Counted from the first letter of the stretch, positions 8,427-18,788 are shown. The stretch: DNA of 64,000 nucleotides from Candidatus Kapaibacterium sp. (GCA_938084565.1 CALKEU010000005.1:5715-69714), one strand, 5' to 3'. Program-made: numbers and translations. The notes: a model not told the origin generated them from the letters alone.

Positions 8427-9821
8427 ATGGTCTACCGTGTGAGTGCTCTGATGCTACTGCCCCTCTTGTTACTGGCACAACAGTACCGGTGGGAGTTTGT
8501 CCGGACCCATGCCGCTCTGGGGAAGACGCCGCTTGGGCTGTTCTGGGGGCCTAGGGAGAGCGATCCTGATCCGACCAGCACTGCTTACGTACTCTGCGCC
8601 GGCTTCGATGCGAACTTCAATGGACAAAACGATCCCGGTGATGAGCCTCCCTCGATTACCGTTGCATGGGAGGAAAACGGTGGAGAAGCAAGCCTGAACG
8701 TACGGCTCCCGTGGGGTGTGCCGAGCTTTCCGCTCCGCCCTGCAGTTGTACGCCAGAATGAGCAATTCGTGCTCTACCTTCCCCGGCGGGATCGGGTAAG
8801 TCGACACACCCTTCTTCCTGCGATCAATCCCTTCCACGAGGATACAGTACTGAGAAGCCCGGCACAAGCTGTGCTCGTGCTAGGGGATACACTCTTTGTA
8901 AGCCAGCGCATCAGCTCAGATCCTGAGGTTGGGCTCATTCTGCGACTCATCCCCGGCCAGGGGCTCGTGGATACCATTCGGCTGAGCAGCTGCCCCAATA
9001 TCCAACAGTTGCTCTGGGATGCTCGGCGGCGGCAGCTCATCGTGCTCTGCGAGGGTATATTTGGCCAGAGAAACTCAGTGTTGCACTTCCTGCCGAACGC
9101 CAAGGATTCGAACTCTGCATTGGTGCCGATTGGGGACACAGGGAACTCCATGCTCTTGGCTGGGGATACGCTGGTCGTGGTGGCCAATGGCTCGCATGAG
9201 GTCTACCTCATCGACCCTGCAACCCGTCTCTGGCATCGTATGCCCCTAGAGATTGGCACGAGCGGCTATGGAGGGCCGCGAGAGGCCATACTCTTGGAGC
9301 TTCCTACGGGACAGCGGACGCTCCTGGTGAGCACCTATAGCAGGGATGTGCGGTGGATTGATCTGGCCACCGGTGCTGTCCTCCAGATTTTACCGCTCAG
9401 TGGGCTTGCCGAAGGTATGGCCATACGGCGCCGTGGCGACACGCTGCAGTTGTGGGTGGCACAGCCCTTTACGCCCACTTACAGTCCTGATAGCTCCCTT
9501 GCCGTCTTCCAACTCGTGCTCCCAACCTCCGTAGCCGAGGGATATTCAGGGGGAGGGCAGCTCCGGATCCGACCTACCCTCGTGAGCGAAGGGCCGGTCT
9601 GGATCGAATGGGAGGTGGAGCACTACCACGGTCACACGGTGCAGGTGGAGCTCTTCAGCATGGATGGGCGGCGGTGCCATATGTGGCAAGTGCCCACTTC
9701 GCCGGCGGGGAAACTGATGGCGGCGGTGCCGCTATCACGTTTACTTGTGCCCGCAGGAGCTTACATCCTCAAGCTCACAGCGGGGTCTATGCAGGCCAGC
9801 GCCCCTGTCTTTGTCTATTGA
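8427..9821 (+). CDS. BtuG/YncE-like beta-propeller, putative cobalamin-binding protein, with T9SS-like C-terminal domain
   Basis: Lies behind the B12 riboswitch. Motifs VLCEGIFGQRNS, IGDTGNSM, VVVANGSHEVYLID and GPRE resemble BtuG blades. Sec signal without lipobox. C-terminal VELFSMDGR...PAGAYILKL. Confidence 0.7.
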   Translation: MVYRVSALMLLPLLLLAQQYRWEFVRTHAALGKTPLGLFWGPRESDPDPTSTAYVLCAGFDANFNGQNDPGDEPPSITVAWEENGGEASLNVRLPWGVPSFPLRPAVVRQNEQFVLYLPRRDRVSRHTLLPAINPFHEDTVLRSPAQAVLVLGDTLFVSQRISSDPEVGLILRLIPGQGLVDTIRLSSCPNIQQLLWDARRRQLIVLCEGIFGQRNSVLHFLPNAKDSNSALVPIGDTGNSMLLAGDTLVVVANGSHEVYLIDPATRLWHRMPLEIGTSGYGGPREAILLELPTGQRTLLVSTYSRDVRWIDLATGAVLQILPLSGLAEGMAIRRRGDTLQLWVAQPFTPTYSPDSSLAVFQLVLPTSVAEGYSGGGQLRIRPTLVSEGPVWIEWEVEHYHGHTVQVELFSMDGRRCHMWQVPTSPAGKLMAAVPLSRLLVPAGAYILKLTAGSMQASAPVFVY

Positions 9822-9879
9822 CAGGGGGATGGCGCTTAGGGCTCCGTGAGCCATTCGGAGCTGGAGTTGCAGGGCACGG

Positions 9880-11049
9880 CTATCGCTGTAATGATGCGGC
9901 TCGAATAACCGCCAGAAGCAGTATTGAGGATGCTCCGTGGGCAAGGAGAGCAAACGTCACAAGCCACTTCGGCGAAGCCTGGTAGAGCAAACCCATAGCT
10001 GCACTCCCGAGAAACCAGGCGATGCCGAAGGAAGCATTGAACAGCCCATAGGCTGTTCCTCGCTGCTCTAGGGGCACCATCGGTGCCAGAGCTGCACGGG
10101 CGAGCGATTCCTGTGCCCCGACTCCTATACCCCAGAGCAGTACCCCTCCGAGCGCCCAAGGAAGAGGACCCACAAAGCTGAGGAGTACGGCGCCGGCTGA
10201 GAGCAGAACAGCGCCAGGAAGCACCCACAAGCCTCTGCGGTCATAGAGTCGGCCGAGCACGAGAGCAGCCAGGGCATCACATCCCATGGCAGCGCCGTAC
10301 GAGAGGGGGATCCACGCTGCCGGCACATCCCTGTGCAAATGGAAAGCGATGAGGGCAAAATCAGCCGTTCCCGCTGCCCACAGTGCCATTGCCGCTGTGT
10401 AGAGCCAAAAGAGCCGCTTCGGCTGACCGATCCCCTGCTTCTTCCAGTTATGCTGTTGGTGCTCGGGGAAGGTCTCAAACGAGCGAGTAACCATCAAGAC
10501 GATGAGGCTTGCTACAGCAGGCAGGAAGAGCAGGGCAAAAGCAGTGCGATAGTGTCCGCCGAGGCTGAAAACAGCAGCAATGGCCAGAGGCCCCAGCAGT
10601 GCTCCAATCTGGTCCAGTGCCTCGTGGAGGCCGAAGCTACGACCGTATCCGAGGACGCTTCCAGCTTTTGAGAGGAGCACGTCGCGGGCTGGTGTACGGA
10701 GTGCCTTTCCAATGCGTTCGGCGATGATGAGCCCAGCGGCTCCTCCCCAATGGGATACCGTTGCCAGCAGGGGTAGGGCAAAGACGTTCATGGTATAGCC
10801 TACCAGCATCAGCAGCCAGTATCGGCCAGTCCGATCGCTGATGTATCCCGAAAGGAGGCGCAATGTGTAGCCGAGCAGCTCTCCAGCCCCAGCGATTACT
10901 CCAATAGTTGCAGCGCTTGCCCCGAGCAGCCCCAAGAATGGTCCTGTAATGCTCCGCCCTCCCTCATAGGTCATATCAGCCAGGAGGCTCACCAGGCCTA
11001 AAAAGAGGACAAAGCGCAGGGCTGACGCACGGATAGGTTCCGGCTCCAT
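9880..11049 (-). CDS. MFS transporter
   Basis: 12 TM helices, GYISDRTG and GRLYDRRG motif-A loops, ERIGKALRTPARD. Confidence 0.9.
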   Translation of the reverse strand: MEPEPIRASALRFVLFLGLVSLLADMTYEGGRSITGPFLGLLGASAATIGVIAGAGELLGYTLRLLSGYISDRTGRYWLLMLVGYTMNVFALPLLATVSHWGGAAGLIIAERIGKALRTPARDVLLSKAGSVLGYGRSFGLHEALDQIGALLGPLAIAAVFSLGGHYRTAFALLFLPAVASLIVLMVTRSFETFPEHQQHNWKKQGIGQPKRLFWLYTAAMALWAAGTADFALIAFHLHRDVPAAWIPLSYGAAMGCDALAALVLGRLYDRRGLWVLPGAVLLSAGAVLLSFVGPLPWALGGVLLWGIGVGAQESLARAALAPMVPLEQRGTAYGLFNASFGIAWFLGSAAMGLLYQASPKWLVTFALLAHGASSILLLAVIRAASLQR

Positions 11050-11148
11050 TCGAACACTCTCGGCAGTCTCAACCAGAGTCAGCAGACGTCGGCAACGGGG
11101 CAATCATGCTCTACATGAGGCAGAGGGGTGGGTGGATTGTAAAAGCCC

Positions 11149-11156
11149 TAAGTTTG
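11149..11156 (+). promoter_or_regulatory. -7 promoter element (TAAGTTTG)
   Basis: TAnnTTTG match 35 nt upstream of the paaN ATG. Confidence 0.5.
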
Positions 11157-11190
11157 AAGCTGGAGGTAAGTGCACAGCGCGGAGGAATCG

Positions 11191-12864
11191 ATGGCCTGGA
11201 GTGAGCTGTACGAGAAGCATGCCCAGACACTCTCGCACGCTATAGCTGCAGTGCGGGAACGTACCTTCTTTGCTCACTGGGCTGAGGTGCCGAGCGGCAA
11301 AGTGTATGGTGAGAGTGCAAACGAAGAGGGCCGGCGTCGCTTCGAGGCATTCGTCGGTAAGCCCTTTCGGGAGCTCCTCCAGGAACACAATGGCCTGTGG
11401 GTAGGGCAGGAGGTATCACCCTACGGATTTCCGCTCGAGATTACATACCCGCAATTGCCTGTCCTTACTGCTCTGGAGCGGGCTCAGCGCGCACAGAAAC
11501 AGTGGCAGCGGTTGAATGTGCGGCAGCGGGCAGCTGTTCTCATCGAAGCCCTCGAACAGGCGGCTGCAGACTTTTTCACCCTGGCTTATGCTACCATGCA
11601 TACGACAGGCCAAGGGTTTGTTATGGCCTTTCAGGCTTCTGGACCTCATGCCTTCGATCGTGCCCTGGAGACAATTGCCACAGGGGTCCTAGCTATAGAG
11701 TGCTTTGCGCAGGAGGCGCTCTGGAGGAAGCCCCTTGGAAAGGCGGAGCTGGTAGTGCAGAAACGCTTCCTAACCGTGCCTAAGGGTATAGGTGCTGTCA
11801 TTGGGTGCTCCACCTTCCCCCTGTGGAATGCCCTGCCGGGGGTCTTTGCCAATCTCATCACGGGCAATGCATGTTTGTGGAAGCCCCATCCACGGGTCAT
11901 CCTGCCAGTGGCGCTCTTCGTTGCGCGGCTCCAGCAGACCTTCGATACACTTGGGCTAGACCCGCACGTAGTTGTTCTGCTGCCCTGTACGGTAGAGAAC
12001 CCGTTGACCTGGGAGGTCGTTGAACATCCGGCCGTACGCATTGTGGACTATACCGGCAGTCCAGCTTTTGGGGCGGAGTTGGAGCGCCGCCTTGGAGCAA
12101 AGGTGCTCTTTACTGAGAAGGCAGGGGTCAATTCTGTTTTAGTGCACTCGGTGGCTGATCTCGGGGCGGTTGTAGACAATTTGGCTTTTAGCCTCTGCCT
12201 CTATAGCGGGCAGATGTGCACAACGCCGCAGAACATTTTCATTCCCGAAGAGGGTGTGGAGACGCCGGAGGGGCTTCTGACTCCCTTAGCCTTCGCCGAG
12301 CGGCTCGTGGCCGCAATCGATGCGCTGGTGCATAATCCAAAGGCAGGTCCGCCAACGCTTGGAGCCATTCAGAATGAGCACACTCTCCAGCGCGTTCGGG
12401 AAGCGGAGAACTTGGGGTTACCCATACTGCGGGCTAGCACACCCTTTGTGCATCCAGAGTTTCCCCAGGCACGGACGGCAACCCCGCTTGTGCTCGAAGC
12501 CCGTTGGGAAGAACATCGGGCGCTTTACGGACGGGAGTGGTTCGGACCGATTACATTTCTGATCAGAACGCCCACGCTGCAGCAGGCGCTCGCCGAGGTA
12601 GTACATCTGGTGCAGACGGCAGGTGCGCTGGTCACATCGGTTTACACAACGGACGAGATCACCAGAGAACACGTAGTGCAAGCCATTACGGAGGCGGGGG
12701 CTCCTGTGGCGGTCAATTTCACCGGCCCAATCTGGGTCAACCAATCGGCGGCTTACAGTGACTTCCACGGTGCAGGGGTCAATCCCGCTGGAAATGCCAG
12801 CTTTGTCGACTTAGCGTATGTTGCAGCTCGGTTTGGAGTAGTCCATGTGCGCCAGCTCCTCTGA
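11191..12864 (+). CDS. paaN: Phenylacetic acid degradation aldehyde dehydrogenase-like protein PaaN
   Basis: MHTTGQGFVMAFQASGPHA, TEKAGVN, LYSGQMCTTPQN and VNQSAAYSDFH motifs. Confidence 0.9.
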   Translation: MAWSELYEKHAQTLSHAIAAVRERTFFAHWAEVPSGKVYGESANEEGRRRFEAFVGKPFRELLQEHNGLWVGQEVSPYGFPLEITYPQLPVLTALERAQRAQKQWQRLNVRQRAAVLIEALEQAAADFFTLAYATMHTTGQGFVMAFQASGPHAFDRALETIATGVLAIECFAQEALWRKPLGKAELVVQKRFLTVPKGIGAVIGCSTFPLWNALPGVFANLITGNACLWKPHPRVILPVALFVARLQQTFDTLGLDPHVVVLLPCTVENPLTWEVVEHPAVRIVDYTGSPAFGAELERRLGAKVLFTEKAGVNSVLVHSVADLGAVVDNLAFSLCLYSGQMCTTPQNIFIPEEGVETPEGLLTPLAFAERLVAAIDALVHNPKAGPPTLGAIQNEHTLQRVREAENLGLPILRASTPFVHPEFPQARTATPLVLEARWEEHRALYGREWFGPITFLIRTPTLQQALAEVVHLVQTAGALVTSVYTTDEITREHVVQAITEAGAPVAVNFTGPIWVNQSAAYSDFHGAGVNPAGNASFVDLAYVAARFGVVHVRQLL

Positions 12865-13966
12865 CACGGCAGTATCGATCAGGCGGACGATCTTTGCCGA
12901 TCTGCATCGGCGGCTAGGAGCTAAGATGGCTCCTTTTGCAGGCTTTGAGATGCCCATTCACTACCCCAAGGGCATTCTCTACGAGCACTTGGCTGTGCGG
13001 CAGCGCGTTGGAGTCTTCGATGTCTCCCACATGGGGGAATTCCGCATCTGGGGCGAGGATGCGGAAGCGTTTCTGCAGTGGGTAACGGTCAACGATGTTG
13101 CACGCCTCGTGCCCGGACGGGCTCAGTACTCGGCAATGTGTTACCCCGATGGTGGTATCGTCGATGACTTGCTCGTCTACCACTGCGGCGACTACTACAT
13201 GATGGTGGTCAATGCAGCCAACATTGAGAAAGACTTTGCCTGGCTTCAGTCGCAGGCTTCGGCGTATCGGGTTCAGTTGGATAACCTCAGCGACCGGATT
13301 CATCTGCTGGCGGTGCAAGGGCCTCGGTCGGCCGAGGCGCTGCAATCCTTGACCGAGGTCCCACTACGCGAAATCCCCTACTACCACCATCGGTGGGGGA
13401 CTGTGGCCGGGGTACCGATGCTGATTTCCCGCACCGGATATACGGGGGAGCTCGGCTACGAGCTCTACTTCGAGGGAGATCAAGCTACAGCAGAGCACGT
13501 CTGGGAAGAGATCTTCCGAGCCGGGGCTCCCTATGGTATTGAGCCGGCAGGATTGGGGGCCCGTGATACGCTGCGCTTGGAGAAGGGCTATTGCCTCTAC
13601 GGCAATGATATTGATGAGACGACCAACCCGCTCGAGGCTGGCCTGGGCTGGATCACGAAGCTCGACAAAGGGCCCTTCAGCGGACGAGAGGCCCTGCTAC
13701 AGATCACGCAACGAGGGCTGACACGGCGTCTTGTGGGCTTGCGTACAGAGAGTGAGCGCGCTCTTCCGCGCCCGCACTATACCATCGCTGCCGAAGGGAA
13801 GCCCATCGGCCATGTGACCAGCGGCAATATCTCCCCAATCTTGCGTGTGGGGATCGGGATGGGGTATGTGGAGCTTAGCTACGCTGAGCCCGGAACACGC
13901 GTTGAAATTATCGGACATGGCGGGCGCCGCTTTCATGCCGAAGTCGTCAAGCTGCCGTTTGTGTAG
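12845..13966 (+). CDS. gcvT: Glycine cleavage system aminomethyltransferase T
   Basis: [33 protein letters not shown]. Confidence 0.97.
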   Translation: MCASSSDTAVSIRRTIFADLHRRLGAKMAPFAGFEMPIHYPKGILYEHLAVRQRVGVFDVSHMGEFRIWGEDAEAFLQWVTVNDVARLVPGRAQYSAMCYPDGGIVDDLLVYHCGDYYMMVVNAANIEKDFAWLQSQASAYRVQLDNLSDRIHLLAVQGPRSAEALQSLTEVPLREIPYYHHRWGTVAGVPMLISRTGYTGELGYELYFEGDQATAEHVWEEIFRAGAPYGIEPAGLGARDTLRLEKGYCLYGNDIDETTNPLEAGLGWITKLDKGPFSGREALLQITQRGLTRRLVGLRTESERALPRPHYTIAAEGKPIGHVTSGNISPILRVGIGMGYVELSYAEPGTRVEIIGHGGRRFHAEVVKLPFV

Positions 13967-13976
13967 CGGGGGCACT

Positions 13977-14723
13977 CTACCGCTCCTCGAAGCGGAGATA
14001 GCGGTACCAGAGGGTGAAGAGTTCCCACGTTGCCGCAACGTCCCGCAAACAGTAAGCAGCAATCTCCCTCAGACGGCCGTCACGGTAGTACTGTTCGATG
14101 CATGAACCATCGATGCCCTGGGCTTTCGGGGATTCGATTCCAAAGGCGCGGGCGTAGAAGTCGAAGTTGTAGCGCTTGGTCGCTCCCAGCGTTTGCGGGT
14201 TGTAGAAGCACAGCTCGTCCAAAAGGTCAGTGTGTCCGCCATAGCGGTAGCGTGTGCCTTCCATGAGGTTGCGCGAGGGGCGAATGCGGTAGAGGGCCGA
14301 ACGCAGCATAAGGAAGGGAGCATCGAAGTTGCGCCCGTTGAAAGTGACAAGGTGGGCTGTCGGATACTTCTGCAAGAGCTTCCAGAACTGCTCCAGCAGT
14401 ATGCGTTCCGTACACCGGTACAGGGGATCCCCTTCCGGGAGGGTATCCGGCAGGAGCTCACCGTCGGAACAGGAGGGATCGACAACGTAAGCCCCGCGCC
14501 GGCGGAGCTGCCACTGCTGCTCGCCGAGGGTTTCCATCACCTGGAGTCCAAGGCAGATGACTTGGGCCGTGAAAGGAGAAAGCGCCATAGCAACCTTGCG
14601 CTGTTCTTGCTCAGCTTCTGAGCGAGCTCCTCGGAGCAAGAACTCCTGCTGGCTCGGGGAGAAATGCTCCCACGGGAGCGCCACGGTTTCAATGTCGAAG
14701 ACGATGTAGATGGGCTCCGGCAT
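13977..14723 (-). CDS. Stand-alone PolB-related 3'-5' exonuclease (RNase H fold)
   Basis: Exo motifs VFDIET, TFNGRNFDAPFL, YCLRDV. Confidence 0.85.
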   Translation of the reverse strand: MPEPIYIVFDIETVALPWEHFSPSQQEFLLRGARSEAEQEQRKVAMALSPFTAQVICLGLQVMETLGEQQWQLRRRGAYVVDPSCSDGELLPDTLPEGDPLYRCTERILLEQFWKLLQKYPTAHLVTFNGRNFDAPFLMLRSALYRIRPSRNLMEGTRYRYGGHTDLLDELCFYNPQTLGATKRYNFDFYARAFGIESPKAQGIDGSCIEQYYRDGRLREIAAYCLRDVAATWELFTLWYRYLRFEER

Positions 14724-14727
14724 GGCC

Positions 14728-17541
14728 TCAGCGCAGGAGGAGGAACGGGTGTACCTCGACGGTCCCATCGGGGAAGCGGGCCTGGAGCACATAGAAGCCT
14801 ACGGGGAGGCCGCGGAGGTCGAGCACTATGTCTCCACTGAGGCGCTGCAGAACGGGAGGCTGCCATATATGGCCCGTGAGGGTGCTCACGGACACAATAG
14901 CCGTCTCGGCCTTATGACCACTGTAGCGCAAATACAGCGAAGCCGGATTCGGTGTCAGGGAGCGTTTCGCAAGAGCTGGTTCAGCAAGTCCGGTAAGTGG
15001 CTGGATGCTCACATCATCCAGGAACCATCCTTCGGCGGTGCGAAGCGGCCCTGAAAAGAAGCGGAAGCGCACCCAGAGGAGTTGAGCTGTGTCGGGTGGC
15101 GTGAGGCGGTAGCGCTCGTGGCGCCAGTCGTCGGGAGTGACGGCACTATCGGCCCACGGCGCATAGAGTGAGGCGTTGTAGGCCCCAAGCCGAATCCACC
15201 GGTCCCACGTGTTCCAGGCAATTTCCACAAATCCGGTGTCCGAGGGGTGGATGAGGGCAGCATGGACGAAGCTCAGCTCTATGGGCATGGCTGGTGTGAC
15301 GGCGATGGGGAAGAGCATGAACGTATCGCGAGCCCGGTTTGGATATGGGCCTGACGGGGATTCCGTCAAGGCAAATGGCGGGGAGAAGAAGACCGTGGCG
15401 GTCAGTCCCCAGGAGCCGCTGTTGTAGTAACGAGGCATTTCTGGGGCCGCAAAGGGTTCGAAGAGTTCCGTGCGGAGGGGCCCAGCATAGAGGAGATAGT
15501 CCATGCTTGGCGAGCTCTCGGCCTCGCCTGCCATGACCGTGGCGTGGTAGCGGTAGAAGCCAGCTTCGGAGAGTATATCTATCACCGTGAGCGTGCGGCC
15601 AGTATCGGCCGTGTGCAGGGGGATACTCTGTATGAGGATCCCGTCGCGGAAGAGACGTAGCTGGCTTAGGTTTGTCAGGGGTGTTATTCCATCGGCTCGG
15701 AGGCGAGGCAGATGGATGTGGAGCCGGACGGTATCGGGGTACACGAGAGCACCGGAGACGAATTCAGGTGGGGCTGGCTGACGGGCACCACCGGCTCGGG
15801 CTGAATCCACTCGGGGCAAACTGGTGTCGGTGTCGGCCACTACCAGGAGCTCGTATCGATAGAGCTCGTGGGGCTGGAGAGCGGTGTCCAGATAGGTGGT
15901 GCGATTCTGCGGCAGTGTGGTGAGAATGTGGCCGTTGCGGCGCAGCACATACGTAAAAGTCGGCAGCGGCTGGCCAAAGACGCGGCCGTTCGGAGGATCC
16001 CAGCTGAGCTGTAGAGCCGTAGGGTTGTCAGGGAGGATGGTAATGCGAAAGTTCTCAGCCGGCATCGGGGCTCGGACGTTGATAGAGGCAGTATAGACAT
16101 CGTTGTCGGCAGGGTTGGTGATCGTGTTGCGCATATCTACCCAGGAGGGGTAAACACGGCCTCCGTAGAAGGCGCAACCGCTGTAATCACCGGCGAAGGC
16201 ATTGCCTCGGAATGGGTTCCGCCGTAGGTCCCAGAGGGTGTCCCCGATGCGGCGGTCTGTCCATGTGGTTCCACCATCGCTGGAGTAGCTGACCGAGACC
16301 GTAACGAGCACATTTTGCGGGTCATCGCGGCTATCCAAGTACATAATGGCCAGATCTCCCGTCGTGGGGTCGAGCGCCATCCACGGCCAGAACTGGTCTC
16401 CACTTGTGTCGGTGTGGACAATGATGGGGTCGGACCAGGTGAGGCCTCCATCGGAGGAGCGGGAAAAGTAGATGTTCGGTACGGGATCGGCGGCCCAGCA
16501 GAGGTAGAGCCATCCACGGCGTGGACCGGAGGTAGTATCGCAGACCAACACAGGATAGGTTTCCGCACGGACACCCCCTTTGACCGTATGGCGGACTCCT
16601 TCAGGAATACGCCGGGCCATCCCCAGCGGGCGATAGCGGTGGATGAGACGGGGAGGACTAAAGCTCTGCCCCCCATCCCGCGAGAAAGCAAACCCGATAG
16701 CTTTCTGCGGGCCGTGGTTCCAGACGACGTAGACGGTTCCGTCTGGACCAGTTGCCGCCAGAGGGAAGCTTTGCCCGTAGGTGGTGTCTTCCGAGGAGAA
16801 GGGTAAGCGCTCGCTCACCGGCACTGGCGTGCTCCAGGTCAGCCCTCCATCGCTGGAGAAGGAGAGCATAATCTGAGTGGAGGAGTCCCGCGGAATGACG
16901 CGCTTCCACGGGATGTAGAGCCGCCCGCGGTAGGGCGATCTTGTGCAGTGGTCAGCCGTGATGTAGTACTTGTCTTCGAATGCAGAGTCGGGGGTCATCG
17001 TGCCGCGGTGGAGGATTACCGGAATGTGCGGCTGCCACGTCCTCCCCTGATCGGTTGTGATGGCTACAAAGACCCCGTTTTCGCCTGTCGATAGGTTGAA
17101 GCCCCCGTAGCACAGGTAGCCACGCCCTTCCCCGTCGAAGGTCACCGAGGGATCGTTGGAGGAGACCCATTCAGGAAAGGGCTTGCCCAGGTTGATATTC
17201 CGCCACCGTCTGCCGCCGTCCTCGGAGACATAGACCCATGTGGAAGAGTTAGCACGGTAGTCCACGGCTGTGGCCAGTAGGTTGTGCGGATTGCGGGGAT
17301 TGACTGCAATGGAGGATTCATTTTGAATCGGCAGCGGATCCGTTTCTGGCTCGATGACGTTGATGTTCGGAAAGAGGCTCAGCCGCGGAGATACTTCGGC
17401 GGGGGCGAGAGGCAAGAGCGGTAAGCGTTGCTCGAGCTCTGGCCGGGGTTGAGCCTTCTCCATCAGGTGTCGGAAGGGGTTGGTGCCATCACGCGCCCAG
17501 AGGGCTACTGTACCGAGTACGACGGCTATGCTGCGGACCAT
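14728..17541 (-). CDS. Secreted BNR/Asp-box (sialidase-like) propeller protein with FN3-like domains and T9SS-like C-terminus
   Basis: Repeated SxDGGxTW Asp-boxes, LSWDPP FN3-like segment, C-terminal PNPAS...LPVGFYVLQ. Confidence 0.8.
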   Translation of the reverse strand: MVRSIAVVLGTVALWARDGTNPFRHLMEKAQPRPELEQRLPLLPLAPAEVSPRLSLFPNINVIEPETDPLPIQNESSIAVNPRNPHNLLATAVDYRANSSTWVYVSEDGGRRWRNINLGKPFPEWVSSNDPSVTFDGEGRGYLCYGGFNLSTGENGVFVAITTDQGRTWQPHIPVILHRGTMTPDSAFEDKYYITADHCTRSPYRGRLYIPWKRVIPRDSSTQIMLSFSSDGGLTWSTPVPVSERLPFSSEDTTYGQSFPLAATGPDGTVYVVWNHGPQKAIGFAFSRDGGQSFSPPRLIHRYRPLGMARRIPEGVRHTVKGGVRAETYPVLVCDTTSGPRRGWLYLCWAADPVPNIYFSRSSDGGLTWSDPIIVHTDTSGDQFWPWMALDPTTGDLAIMYLDSRDDPQNVLVTVSVSYSSDGGTTWTDRRIGDTLWDLRRNPFRGNAFAGDYSGCAFYGGRVYPSWVDMRNTITNPADNDVYTASINVRAPMPAENFRITILPDNPTALQLSWDPPNGRVFGQPLPTFTYVLRRNGHILTTLPQNRTTYLDTALQPHELYRYELLVVADTDTSLPRVDSARAGGARQPAPPEFVSGALVYPDTVRLHIHLPRLRADGITPLTNLSQLRLFRDGILIQSIPLHTADTGRTLTVIDILSEAGFYRYHATVMAGEAESSPSMDYLLYAGPLRTELFEPFAAPEMPRYYNSGSWGLTATVFFSPPFALTESPSGPYPNRARDTFMLFPIAVTPAMPIELSFVHAALIHPSDTGFVEIAWNTWDRWIRLGAYNASLYAPWADSAVTPDDWRHERYRLTPPDTAQLLWVRFRFFSGPLRTAEGWFLDDVSIQPLTGLAEPALAKRSLTPNPASLYLRYSGHKAETAIVSVSTLTGHIWQPPVLQRLSGDIVLDLRGLPVGFYVLQARFPDGTVEVHPFLLLR

Positions 17542-17642
17542 GGTCGGCAAGGGGCTGTACAACTGCAGCGGTGAAATTACAGCTTTCCGAGAGTTCGCAG
17601 GAATGCTGAGCAAGGTGCGGGGAGGGCTGTGGACGCGTACGG

Positions 17643-17650
17643 TATTTTTG
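17643..17650 (+). promoter_or_regulatory. -7 promoter element (TATTTTTG) for the ccm operon
   Basis: TAnnTTTG match 26 nt upstream of the ccmC ATG. Confidence 0.55.
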
Positions 17651-17675
17651 CAGCGTCGACAATGCGCCAGGACGC

Positions 17676-18788
17676 ATGAAATACCTCCTCATGCTGGTGG
17701 CAATAGGAGCTGGGATTGGGCTGGTGGCCCTATACCCTCCGGAGAGGCCGCGTCCGATATGGTGGCAATGGACGGTGCTTGGGCTTGTGACGCTGCTGAT
17801 TGTCGCAGCGCTGCTCCCCCCGCTCGGTGGGAACATAGCTGATGCCCTTGTGGCACGTCGCCTGGGCACGCAGCACGTGGGTGCCCTCCCGCTGATGAGT
17901 ATGCAGGAGGTGCAGCGCATGAAGGTGCCGGAACGCGTGGTACCGATTCTGGTGCGATGCGTGGATTCGGCACGCTTCGATGCTGCCCTAAGTATGTGGC
18001 GGGTGCAGGTCGAGGATCGCCAGCGGCAGCAGCTAACACTTCTCTTTGCCACGGAACCGCCCACCAGGCTGTTGCGAGCTGCTTCGGCGGTGGTAGCGGT
18101 CGAACCGACGGAAGTAGAAAATGTCTGGAGTGTTCGGCGCATCGAGGCCTTCGAGCCGTGGGTTGTCATGCCGTATGTGCCGGGTCTGGGGGAGCGGGCC
18201 CGTATCCTCTACTTCCACGTCCCGATGGCCTGGATTGCTGTTTTGGCTTATGCGGTGGGCATGCTATCGGCAGTGCAGTACTTACGGCGCCGCCAGCCTC
18301 TGGCTGATATACGAGCAACTGCTGCTGTCGCAGTTGGCACGCTTTCGACCATCTTGGCAACTGTGACCGGTGCCATATGGGCGCGTTTCAACTGGGGAAG
18401 CTTCTGGAATTGGGACCCACGGCAGACTACCATCGTTGTGCTGCTGTTGATTTACCTGGCTTACTTTGCGCTGCGGGCGTCGCTCCCGGCCGGAGAACGC
18501 CAAGCGCAACTGGGAAGCGTCTATTTGGTGTTTGCCTTCGTGACGGTGCCCTTCCTCGTCTTTGTCCTCCCTCGCCTTATGGAAAGCCTCCATCCGGGGG
18601 GAAGAGGCGATGTGGGTCTCGGCCCCGTTATCGACCCCTCGCCGGAGGCTTTGGCCCCGGTGAAACAGCTGCTGTTTGCTTATTCGTTGTTGGCCTTTAC
18701 GGCGCTATTTGGGTGGCTGTGGAGCTGCCTGGTGCGCCTCTTGCGAGTTTCTGCGGCTGTGCGATGGCATGAGGCAAGACAGAGATGA
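17676..18788 (+). CDS. ccmC: Heme exporter CcmC with an extra inserted extracytoplasmic domain
   Basis: YFHVPMAW, WWD motif WGSFWNWDPR and SLHP His ligand. Contains a ~115-aa insertion (about aa 51-165). Confidence 0.9.
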   Translation: MKYLLMLVAIGAGIGLVALYPPERPRPIWWQWTVLGLVTLLIVAALLPPLGGNIADALVARRLGTQHVGALPLMSMQEVQRMKVPERVVPILVRCVDSARFDAALSMWRVQVEDRQRQQLTLLFATEPPTRLLRAASAVVAVEPTEVENVWSVRRIEAFEPWVVMPYVPGLGERARILYFHVPMAWIAVLAYAVGMLSAVQYLRRRQPLADIRATAAVAVGTLSTILATVTGAIWARFNWGSFWNWDPRQTTIVVLLLIYLAYFALRASLPAGERQAQLGSVYLVFAFVTVPFLVFVLPRLMESLHPGGRGDVGLGPVIDPSPEALAPVKQLLFAYSLLAFTALFGWLWSCLVRLLRVSAAVRWHEARQR

